A DNA stretch of 64,000 bases from Elusimicrobia bacterium CG1_02_56_21 (lineage in GTDB: Bacteria; Elusimicrobiota; Elusimicrobia; Elusimicrobiales; UBA9959). The stretch spans positions 3,869-67,868 of the forward strand of contig MNUR01000129.1 of NCBI GenBank assembly GCA_001871115.1, written 5' to 3'. The position numbers and the translations under genes were made by a program. Each line of letters starts with the position of its first letter. Position 1 is the stretch's first letter. The notes below the pieces were generated by a model. The model was not told where the DNA came from. It saw only the letters and a program-made list of their open reading frames with translations, and ran no database searches. This document shows, piece after piece, positions 1-8,080 of this stretch.

Positions 1-23
1 CAGATTCCGTATTTCCCGGGTCC

Positions 24-587
24 TTATATCGTCAGGTTTACTTTTACATTTTCCCTGTCGGGCGAATCAGCCGGGAGCTCCCACAGTTCGGAAGGAGTAA
101 AGCCCAGCAGCGAGGCGAAGAGGTTTGTGGGGAACACCTGCTGCCCGGTGTTAAATTTGGTCACCACATCGTTATAGAACTGACGGGAGAAGCTGATCTG
201 GTTCTCGGTATGGGTGAGTTCTTCCATCAGCGTCCTTACGGCTTCGTTAGCCTTCAGGTTGGGATAATTCTCGGAGATAGCCATCAGTTTGCCGAGGGCC
301 TGGGTAAGCATGCCTTCCTTGGCCAGAACTTCGTGCATATTCCCGCTCTGTCCGGCGTTAACCGCGGCGGCCCGGGCCAGGATGACGCGCTCGAGGGTTT
401 CTTTCTCGAACTTCATCTCTCCCTTTACCGATTCCACCAGGTTAGGGATCAGGTCATGGCGCCTTTTGAGCTGCACGTCTATCTGGCGGAAAGCGTTCGC
501 GACCTGGTTGCGAAGGCCTATCAGCCCGTTGAAAGTAATTACCAGCCACCCGCCGAGAACCAGCAGTACAATCGCTAATACAATCAT
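24..587 (-). CDS. lemA: LemA family protein (N-terminal TM anchor)
   Basis: ORF 24..635 trimmed to the internal ATG at 587, which has GGAGG 4 nt upstream. TM helix IVLAIVLLVLGGWLVI is followed by LemA-type core NAFRQIDVQLKRRHDLIPNLV, ENYPNLKA, RQFYND. Confidence 0.85.
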   Translation of the reverse strand: MIVLAIVLLVLGGWLVITFNGLIGLRNQVANAFRQIDVQLKRRHDLIPNLVESVKGEMKFEKETLERVILARAAAVNAGQSGNMHEVLAKEGMLTQALGKLMAISENYPNLKANEAVRTLMEELTHTENQISFSRQFYNDVVTKFNTGQQVFPTNLFASLLGFTPSELWELPADSPDRENVKVNLTI

Positions 588-649
588 TTTTCCTCCATTT
601 TGATCAGGCCCCGGCCCTGTTATAAACAGGGCCAATCGCCTCCAGGACC

Positions 650-1696
650 CTAAGCCGTCCTGGTAAGTATCTCGCAGCCTGTCTTAGTAACAAGAACAGA
701 ATCCTCTATCCGCACCCCGAACTTGCCGTGAAGGTAGATGCCGGGCTCTACCGTGACCGCCATGCCCGCGCGCAGCACCGCTTCAAAGGTGGTATTAAGC
801 CTGGGAAATTCATGGATCTCGAGGCCTATGCCGTGCCCGGTTCCGTGTATGAAATACTGGCCATAACCCGCGTCCGAGATGTAATTGCGGCAGGCGGCGT
901 CCACGTCGCGGGCTTTTACCCCGGCGCGCACTTTGGCCACGCCGGCTTTCTGGGAAGCGGCAACGGTTGAATATACTTTCTTGTATTCTTCGGTAGCCTT
1001 CCCGTGGAAATAGGAGCGGGTCATATCCGAACAGTAGTTCCCGTAAACGCAGCCGTAATCCAGCAGCACCGCTTCGTTATTTTTCAGCTTCCTCTGCGAA
1101 GTTTCATGGTGCGGCATGGCGGAGTTGGGGCCGAAGCCCACGATAAGGTTGAAAGAGTTGCCTTTGGCCCCCATGTTCTGCATGGTATCCTCGAGCTCCC
1201 TGTAAACCGACATCTCTGTCCGGCCGGTTTTTATGCGGGGCTTCACTATGCCGAAAGCCCGGGCGGCTATGCGGCAGGATTTGCGGAGGGTTTGTATTTC
1301 CTCCCCCTCTTTAACGGCCCTCAGCGCCCCGGTCAGTCCGTCTTTTTCAACAAGCCCGGCTTTGCGCCAGGCGGTTCCCCGCTTATAGGTCTCGGCTTCA
1401 GGCTCAAAAGCCGCGCGCTTGAACTTAAGTTCCTTAACGCGCGCTGCCGCGGCGTCCTCGGGAAGCCCTTCAGAGGCGACTGCGGTCACAAAATCCACTT
1501 TGGAGCGGAAATGCTCGAGCAGCATTTTCGGCATATAGATCCAGGCCCCCGAGCGGGTAACAAGCATCGCGCAGCCGTCAAGGTGGAAACCGGTGAGGAA
1601 GCCTATCTCAAGCGTGCGGCCCATGAGCATGGCGTCGAGGCCGTGCTGCTTGAGCATATACTGCAGATCCTTGATGCGCTTGGCATGAGTGTTCAT
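650..1696 (-). CDS. M24 family Xaa-Pro aminopeptidase
   Basis: 348 aa with pita-bread metal-ligand motifs DYGCVYGNYCSDMTR, HGTGHGIGLEIHEFP, VEPGIY, RIEDSV. Confidence 0.8.
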   Translation of the reverse strand: MNTHAKRIKDLQYMLKQHGLDAMLMGRTLEIGFLTGFHLDGCAMLVTRSGAWIYMPKMLLEHFRSKVDFVTAVASEGLPEDAAAARVKELKFKRAAFEPEAETYKRGTAWRKAGLVEKDGLTGALRAVKEGEEIQTLRKSCRIAARAFGIVKPRIKTGRTEMSVYRELEDTMQNMGAKGNSFNLIVGFGPNSAMPHHETSQRKLKNNEAVLLDYGCVYGNYCSDMTRSYFHGKATEEYKKVYSTVAASQKAGVAKVRAGVKARDVDAACRNYISDAGYGQYFIHGTGHGIGLEIHEFPRLNTTFEAVLRAGMAVTVEPGIYLHGKFGVRIEDSVLVTKTGCEILTRTA

Positions 1697-1771
1697 ATCT
1701 TTTATACCCCGTCAAAATGGAATAGCCGCCGGACCCGCCGGAAGCTCTTTCATTATACAACTTTATATTAT

Positions 1772-2500
1772 TCAGCGGTAGCGGGCCGTGCGGGCCAGGC
1801 CGGACCGGTTCAGCAGGAATTCGGCCGCGGCCAGCAGGGTCCGCAGCCCGTAGAGCACCCCTCCGGAGAAAGAGATGGAGGAGGCTTCCCTGAAATATTT
1901 TGAAGGCACGGGGATATCACCCAGCCGGAGCCCCTTGAAAGCCGCCTGGAAAAGATACTGGGAGTCGAAAGCGAACCCTTCGGAATTATCGGCCCAGTTT
2001 ACTTTTTCAAGCGCGCCCCGTGAATAGGCGCGCAGCCCGCTGTGCCACTCGCCTAGGTTCTGCCCGGCCGCGAGGTTCTCTATTACCGTGAGGAACCTGT
2101 TTGCCAGGTATTTGTATACCGGCATACCCCCGGAAAGAGCCTCGGCCCGGGTGCGGATACGGTTGCCGAGCACGACATCGCAGATCCCGCCTTCAATAAT
2201 GCCGGTCATAAAGGGGATCACCCGGGGGTCGTACTGATAATCCGGGTGGAGCATTACTACGATATCGGCCCCGTGTTCCAGCGCAAGGGCGTAGCAGGTT
2301 TTCTGGTTGCCCCCGTAACCCCTGTTGCGGGGATGTTTTACGGCATGAAGCCCCAGCTCAAGCGCCAGCTCGTAAGTCCCGTCCGACGAGCAATCGTCCA
2401 CCAGCAGGATCTCGTCAAAAGCCCCGGCCGGCAGGGAACCCACGGTTTCCTTCAGCGTCTTGGCCGCGTTATAGGCCGGCAGGACTATTATCTTTTTCAT
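1772..2500 (-). CDS. family 2 glycosyltransferase (Dpm1/GtrB-like)
   Basis: GT-A N-terminus KIIVLPAYNAAKTL...ILLVDDCSSDGT. ATGA overlap with the rsmA stop. Confidence 0.75.
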   Translation of the reverse strand: MKKIIVLPAYNAAKTLKETVGSLPAGAFDEILLVDDCSSDGTYELALELGLHAVKHPRNRGYGGNQKTCYALALEHGADIVVMLHPDYQYDPRVIPFMTGIIEGGICDVVLGNRIRTRAEALSGGMPVYKYLANRFLTVIENLAAGQNLGEWHSGLRAYSRGALEKVNWADNSEGFAFDSQYLFQAAFKGLRLGDIPVPSKYFREASSISFSGGVLYGLRTLLAAAEFLLNRSGLARTARYR

Positions 2501-3264
2501 TTCACGGTCAGTTCTGAAGCGAGCGCGGCGAAGCCCTCCAGAGAAATTTCCTGCGCCCTGACGGTCTGCTTGAACCCGCCCTTTTCCATGGCGGCGGCGG
2601 CAGCGGCTTTATCCACCCCGCAAAGGCCCAGAGAGTTTATAAGCGTCTTGCGGCGGTGCGAGAAAGCTTTTTTCACCAGGGCGCGGAAAGCCGCCTCCTC
2701 GGCGGGAACTCTAAAAAACACTTCGGGCCGGAAGATAAGCACGGAAGAATCCACGGCCGGCACCGGCTTGAAGCTTGCGGCTTTGATGTCCATAAGAAGC
2801 TTCGAGGAAGCCCTGGAGGCGGTCAGCAGCGAGAGCGCGCCGTAATCGCTGTCTCCCGGCGAGGCAGCGATCCTGCGGGCGACTTCTTTTTGGAACATAA
2901 AAACCGAAATCTCGAGGCGGGGAAAAAACAGGGTTTTCTCCAGGATAGCCGTGGCGCATTCGTAAGGCAGGTTTCCTATGAAGGCCGTCCGTCCCCGCCC
3001 GGACAGAGCCTCCAGGTCAGTACGCAGAAAGTCCTCGTTTACTATCTCCAGCCCTTCGAACTTTCTGCGCAGGGCGGGCAACAGGCCGGAATCTATTTCT
3101 ACCGCTTTCATGATGCCCGCGTACTTGGGAAAAAGAAAAGAGGTAATAGCGCCGCCCCCGGGCCCGATCTCTATAAGGCGGTCAAAAGAGGCGCTGTCCA
3201 GCGCCCCGGCTATCCCCGCGCAGATATTCACATCGGCCAAAAAAACCTGGCTGAATTTAGGCAT
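2497..3264 (-). CDS. rsmA: 16S rRNA (adenine1518/1519-N6)-dimethyltransferase
   Basis: ORF 2497..3312 trimmed to MPKFSQVFLAD (ATG at 3264, overlapping the murC stop by 1 nt). SAM motif IEIGPGGGAIT and GNLPYE motif. Confidence 0.85.
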   Translation of the reverse strand: MPKFSQVFLADVNICAGIAGALDSASFDRLIEIGPGGGAITSFLFPKYAGIMKAVEIDSGLLPALRRKFEGLEIVNEDFLRTDLEALSGRGRTAFIGNLPYECATAILEKTLFFPRLEISVFMFQKEVARRIAASPGDSDYGALSLLTASRASSKLLMDIKAASFKPVPAVDSSVLIFRPEVFFRVPAEEAAFRALVKKAFSHRRKTLINSLGLCGVDKAAAAAAMEKGGFKQTVRAQEISLEGFAALASELTVK

Positions 3265-4649
3265 CAGGTAAGGGTCTCCATCTTCATCTTTATCTCTTCC
3301 CCCAGCTTCCACACGTCCCCGGCGCCCAGCGTTATAAAAACGTCGCCGGGCCGGAGTTCCTTCATTGTTTCAAGCACGCCGCTGAATTCCGAAGCGTTCG
3401 CTCCGTTCCGGCGCAGCTGCTGCAGCACAAGAGAAGAATCCACGCCGGGCAGGGGTTTTTCCCCCGCGGCGTAAACCGGGGCCACGTAAACCCTGGCGGC
3501 GCGGGAGAAGGACTTGCCGAAATCTTTATAGAGCAGCGAGGTGCGGCTGTAGCGGTGGGGCTGGAAGAGCACCACCAGCCTCCGGCCCGGAAAAAGCCCG
3601 CGGGCTGCGTCCAGCGTAGCCCTGATCTCGGTCGGATGGTGGCCGTAATCGTCCACAAAATCCACCCCGGCGGCTTCACCCAGCCTGTCCATCCTCCGTT
3701 TTACCCCGGAGAAGTTCCAGAGCCCCCTTGAAAGTTTCCCGAACTCAAAACCCAGGTAGGAGCCGGCAGCCAGCGCAAGCAGCGAGTTGCGGACATTGTG
3801 AGCGCCGCCGCAGCGCAGGCGCACGGGGCCTTTTGCCCTGCCCCTGAAAAAAGCTTTATAGGAGGCCCCCGCCGGAGAAAAAGAAACGTCCCGCGCGCTC
3901 CAGTCCGCGCCCTTGTCGATGCCGCAGGTCACCAGCGGAACCTTCAGCGAGGGAATGATTTCGCGCAGAACGGGGTCGTCGCTGCAGAGGGCGGCCTGCC
4001 CGTAAAAGGGCAAGCGGCCGAGGTGCCGCCTGAAAGCTTCCTTGAGGTTTTCCATGCTGCCGTAGTGGTCCAGGTGGTCGGAATCTATATTGGTGACGCA
4101 AGCTACCAGCGGCGAGAAATAAAGGAAGGAGCCGTCGGACTCGTCCGCCTCGGCTACCAGATAATGCCCGCCGCCGAATTTTACGTTAGAGCCCGCGCCT
4201 TTGATAATGCCGCCCACCACCACCGTTGCGTCGGCGCCGGCGGCCTCCAGCGCGGCAGCCGTCATCGTGGTGGTGGTTGTTTTGCCGTGCGTGCCGGCCA
4301 CGGTCACCGTCTTCTTAAGCTCGGCTAGCTTGGAAAGCATCAGAGCGCGGCGGGCTACGGGCAGACCGCGCCTGAAAGCGGCTTTCAGCTCCGGGTTGTC
4401 GGACCTGACCGCAGAGCTCACAACCACGATGTCCGGAGAACCCAGAGCACCCGCCGAATGCCCCTCGGTGAACACGGCCCCGTCCCTGGCCAGGGCGAGA
4501 GTGATCTCGGAGGGCTTTGCGTCGGAGCCGCTGACCTCGTACCCGAGCCCCAGCATAAGCCGGGCGATGCCGCTCATGCCTATGCCGCCTATACCTATAA
4601 AATGCGCTTTCTTTACTTCATTGATCGGAAAATCCTCGGTGTATTTCAT
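3264..4649 (-). CDS. murC: UDP-N-acetylmuramate--L-alanine ligase
   Basis: ORF trimmed to MKYTEDFP (ATG 4649, ATGA overlap with the upstream gene). Motifs HFIGIGGIGMSGIA, GTHGKTTTT, DDYGHHPTEI. Confidence 0.9.
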   Translation of the reverse strand: MKYTEDFPINEVKKAHFIGIGGIGMSGIARLMLGLGYEVSGSDAKPSEITLALARDGAVFTEGHSAGALGSPDIVVVSSAVRSDNPELKAAFRRGLPVARRALMLSKLAELKKTVTVAGTHGKTTTTTMTAAALEAAGADATVVVGGIIKGAGSNVKFGGGHYLVAEADESDGSFLYFSPLVACVTNIDSDHLDHYGSMENLKEAFRRHLGRLPFYGQAALCSDDPVLREIIPSLKVPLVTCGIDKGADWSARDVSFSPAGASYKAFFRGRAKGPVRLRCGGAHNVRNSLLALAAGSYLGFEFGKLSRGLWNFSGVKRRMDRLGEAAGVDFVDDYGHHPTEIRATLDAARGLFPGRRLVVLFQPHRYSRTSLLYKDFGKSFSRAARVYVAPVYAAGEKPLPGVDSSLVLQQLRRNGANASEFSGVLETMKELRPGDVFITLGAGDVWKLGEEIKMKMETLT

Positions 4650-5215
4650 TTCTTGTTTATCTCCATGCTTTCCGCCAGGCGGTCGAGCCAGGCCTCGGCG
4701 GCCGCAACTCCTTCCGCCCATTCGGCAGCCGCAAGGCCGATAATGACAGTATCGCTCATCCTTGAAAAAGCGTTCTCAAAAACGGCCGCGCCGCTGCGGT
4801 AGAATACCAGGCAGGGAGCGGGAGAAAAAAGCAGGTCCACGGCCCGGGCGCTGAACTTCTCGGACTTCATCGCCATAGGCCCGAGCTCGTCGAAAAGAAG
4901 GACTTTTCCCTCGGAGCTGGCCCGCTCCAGCGCTGTCAGGGCCGTACCTTCGAGCGCGTCCAGGTTTAAAGAATATTTGTTAAAAGAAACCGGGGAAACC
5001 ATGCTTCTGCAAGCAAGCACCGCGCGCCCCCCCCCAAGAGCCTCTATCTCAAATCCTTCGCGCTCTTTTCCGCGGCGCAGTTCAAGCGTACGGAACCCAC
5101 CCAGCCACCTCCCGTACGAGGAGCAGAGCTTGGCCGACAGCCGCTCTTTAAGCGCGCAGTCCGAAAAACTGAAGACCAGCTTCAGCGCCTTCCGGGTATC
5201 GGCAGGGATCTTCAT
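4646..5215 (-). CDS. THEP1/NTPase_1-like protein lacking the Walker A P-loop
   Basis: GFRTLELR..REGFEIEAL and LLFDELGPMAMKSEKF resemble THEP1 (GF.T.E.R...GF; IDEIGKME..S..F). The N-terminus MKIPADTRKALKLVFSF has no GxxGxGKT. The start is fixed by ATGA overlap with the upstream TPR gene. Confidence 0.5.
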   Translation of the reverse strand: MKIPADTRKALKLVFSFSDCALKERLSAKLCSSYGRWLGGFRTLELRRGKEREGFEIEALGGGRAVLACRSMVSPVSFNKYSLNLDALEGTALTALERASSEGKVLLFDELGPMAMKSEKFSARAVDLLFSPAPCLVFYRSGAAVFENAFSRMSDTVIIGLAAAEWAEGVAAAEAWLDRLAESMEINKK

Positions 5216-6843
5216 TTCCCCTCCAGCCAGACCCGGTTGGCCAGGGCCGTTTTATTCCGCGGCTCAAGCCGCAGGGCCTCCAGGCACTCGGCTAGGGCCT
5301 TCTCCTGGGAACCGGCTTCCACCCAGGCCGCGGAGCGCCCCAGAGCGGCCTCGGCGCCTCCGCCTGAAAATTCTTCCAGGGCCGTGGAAGACTCGCCCAG
5401 CAGCAGGTACCCGAGGCCTTTTATCAGCCTGAAACCGGGGTCGGAAGACTCGCCCGCCGCTTCCATTTCATCAAGGGCTTCAGCAGCGTTGTCCAGCCAG
5501 TTATCGCCCATTACCCACAGCCCCATGTCGTTTCCCACGTCGCGGGGCTTAAAGAGGGCCTTGTTTCCGGCGTCCTTGCGGGAAGCGGGGGGAGCGGAAG
5601 TTTCTATATTGAAATTAAGGCGCGCGTCGCTGCCTGAGGAGACTCCTTTTAAAAGCTTTTCCGTTTCAGCGGCTATCCCGCCGGCTTTTTTCTGCCTCTC
5701 CTCCGGCGAAGAAACCGGCAGGAAATATTCGCGCTTTGTATAACCTACGCCGGGCAGCTTAAAAGCTGATTGCAGCCTCCCCGCGAGTTTTTCCCCCCGC
5801 GGCGCGTCGGAGATTACGGCTTTTGGGGTTTCAAGCAGTTCAACTACCACCCTGGCTTCCTGCTCCGGGGGTATTTTGGAGAGCGCTGAAAACAGCGGGC
5901 TCTCGGGCTGTCCGCCGGCCTCCTGCTGCCGGGTTCCCGCGTAAGCCAGAGCCATTGAGATGCCGCCCTTTTCATTTGCCGGCGCCAGCAGAAAAGCGCC
6001 CTCCAGCGCTTTCTCGGACTCGCGGAGGCGCCCGGCCTTGCGAAGCGCCCAGGCCAGCCTGAACCTGGCCACGGAATCACGCGGCTTTATTGAAAGGGCC
6101 CTGCGGTAAAGTTTCACCGCTTCGTTAAGCCCGCCCTCCCGCTCTCTGAGCACTGCCAGCTCCAGGAGAGCGTCCTCGTAGCCCGGGAAAAGCGAAACCG
6201 CTTTTTCAAACTGCGCGGCGGCGAGTTCAAAGCGGCCGGACCGGGAATAAAACATCCCCAGCTGAAAGCGGTAAAGAGGATTGGAAGGCTCGGCCGCCAC
6301 GGCGCCCCTGAAATAATCAAGCGCCCTGGCGTGATTGCCCAGGGCCTGGTAAACAGAACCGGCGTTCATTTTAACGTCGGACCGTCCCGGCTCAAAACGC
6401 TCCGCTTTAAGAAAATCCGCCAGGGCTTCCTGGTAAAGCCCCGAACGGGCCCGGACTATCCCGCGCAGCTGGAAAGCCATTGAATTGGCGGGATCGAGGC
6501 GCATTGCCTCCTCAAATTCATCCAGGGCCTTCTGAGGTTCGCCCAGCCAGTAAAGCGCGGAGCCGTAAAGAAGGCGCGGCCAGGGGCTTTCAGGGTTTTT
6601 CTGGGCCGCTTTGAAAAACTCGTCGGCGGCGGAAGGATAATTCTCCTCGCCCATCATTGCATACCCGCGCCTCAGGTTCAGCGCGCTCTGGTCGTGCATA
6701 ATGCGGTCCCACACCGTTCTGTGCACCGCTGGCTCCGTTACGCAGCCGGCGGGGCCGCAGAGACCCGCGAGGAAGCAGTAGCCCAGAAGCAGCGCTGCGG
6801 CTGCTTTTCCCGTCCGTAATTCAGATTTGGGACCTGTTTTCAT
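5212..6843 (-). CDS. TPR repeat protein with N-terminal signal/anchor
   Basis: 543 aa. Repeated 34-aa A/Y/L-rich TPR units (e.g. ALDEFEEAMRLDPANSMAFQLRG, ALDYFRGAVAAEPSNPLYRFQLG). Hydrophobic N-terminus. Confidence 0.75.
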   Translation of the reverse strand: MKTGPKSELRTGKAAAALLLGYCFLAGLCGPAGCVTEPAVHRTVWDRIMHDQSALNLRRGYAMMGEENYPSAADEFFKAAQKNPESPWPRLLYGSALYWLGEPQKALDEFEEAMRLDPANSMAFQLRGIVRARSGLYQEALADFLKAERFEPGRSDVKMNAGSVYQALGNHARALDYFRGAVAAEPSNPLYRFQLGMFYSRSGRFELAAAQFEKAVSLFPGYEDALLELAVLREREGGLNEAVKLYRRALSIKPRDSVARFRLAWALRKAGRLRESEKALEGAFLLAPANEKGGISMALAYAGTRQQEAGGQPESPLFSALSKIPPEQEARVVVELLETPKAVISDAPRGEKLAGRLQSAFKLPGVGYTKREYFLPVSSPEERQKKAGGIAAETEKLLKGVSSGSDARLNFNIETSAPPASRKDAGNKALFKPRDVGNDMGLWVMGDNWLDNAAEALDEMEAAGESSDPGFRLIKGLGYLLLGESSTALEEFSGGGAEAALGRSAAWVEAGSQEKALAECLEALRLEPRNKTALANRVWLEGK

Positions 6844-6922
6844 TATAGGACTGCCCGCAAACGGGAATATTTCACAGGGACCGGCCCGGAACCCCGGGCG
6901 AGAGCGCTTTAGCCGAAGAAAC

Positions 6923-8080
6923 TTATCTGACGCCGGTCAGCTTAATAGAGCGCGGTGCGCTGAATTTACCTTCGAAACCCAGGAGGTCGATAAGCGCCAC
7001 GCGCATGAAATAATCTCCCGGGGGCAGCAGGGTATTAAGATTTATATCTTCAAAAGCGTCATAACTCTTGTCGAGGACGGTGGTATTAAAAGTATTGGAT
7101 TTTGAAACCTGCATATGGTAGCCCTGCACAGGATTAGCCACGGTGAGCATCTTTATAATTTCGCTGGAATCTATGGCCTTGTCGTTCACGTTCCCGGCGG
7201 CCGGCATATTGGAAGTGAGGTCCTTACCCGCGGGGGAGGAGGCTCCCGCGGCGGTATTCTTGCCCAGGGCTTTAAGGTTCAGGGAAACCTTTCCGCCCGC
7301 GGTATTGAGCCGCGGGGCGGCGGAAGCCGTCAAAGCGGTATTCGTCCGGTCAAAGTCAGGCAGCTTCGGCATTTTTACCGGCCGGGAAGGCGCCATATCC
7401 ATCTTGACCTCGGCGCTGAAGCCGGCGGCGACTTCTACGGTCTTGCCCTGCGCCTCTACGTCGGCCTTTCCCTTATAGACCTGGACCATGGTGGTAAGGT
7501 CCTCGTTAAGCTTGGCCCCGAACTCCGTGTTTTTGGTTTTCGGGGTTATCCTGGCGGAAGCCGTGATCACCCGGGACCGCAGTCCGCGCATCTCTCCGGC
7601 CAGCAGCTGAACATCCGTGTTCTTTTTGCCGGGAGGGCGCAGAATTACTATGGAATTGGGATAGAGGTTCAGTATCTGCCCGGTATAAAATTTAACGTCG
7701 GCGCGCGCCGCCTCGCGGGTGCGGAGCGTATCGCTCTTGAAGAGGTCCATCTTCATGTCCACTCCCTGCCAGTCGGAAGTTCCGGTGCGCCGGAAGAGCA
7801 CTTCATTAACAAAAGATACCAGCCTGGCGGCCCTGTACTCCTCTTTCAGAAGGGTAACCGGAATACGCAGCGGCATGCCCGGCAGCGCTATCGACGGGTT
7901 TGAAGAAGGCAGCTTGTTATACTTCAGGATCACGTTCCACTTTTTAGGGTCTTTGAGATAGGTATTTGAAATGCTCCACAGAGTGTCGCCGGGCTTGACC
8001 ACCACCGTCTGCAGCTCCTCAGCGGCCAGGGCGCAGCCCGGGCGCATAAGCATCAACAAGCCGAGCAAAAGATATTTCAC
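6923..8080 (-). CDS. secreted LysM domain protein with FecR-like beta-sandwich region
   Basis: GTG start overlapping the kinase stop (GTGA). Signal peptide, LysM VVVKPGDTLWSISNTYLKDPKKWNVILKYNKL, then a FecR-like segment (ARLVSFVNEVLFRR...WQGV). Confidence 0.65.
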   Translation of the reverse strand: MKYLLLGLLMLMRPGCALAAEELQTVVVKPGDTLWSISNTYLKDPKKWNVILKYNKLPSSNPSIALPGMPLRIPVTLLKEEYRAARLVSFVNEVLFRRTGTSDWQGVDMKMDLFKSDTLRTREAARADVKFYTGQILNLYPNSIVILRPPGKKNTDVQLLAGEMRGLRSRVITASARITPKTKNTEFGAKLNEDLTTMVQVYKGKADVEAQGKTVEVAAGFSAEVKMDMAPSRPVKMPKLPDFDRTNTALTASAAPRLNTAGGKVSLNLKALGKNTAAGASSPAGKDLTSNMPAAGNVNDKAIDSSEIIKMLTVANPVQGYHMQVSKSNTFNTTVLDKSYDAFEDINLNTLLPPGDYFMRVALIDLLGFEGKFSAPRSIKLTGVR

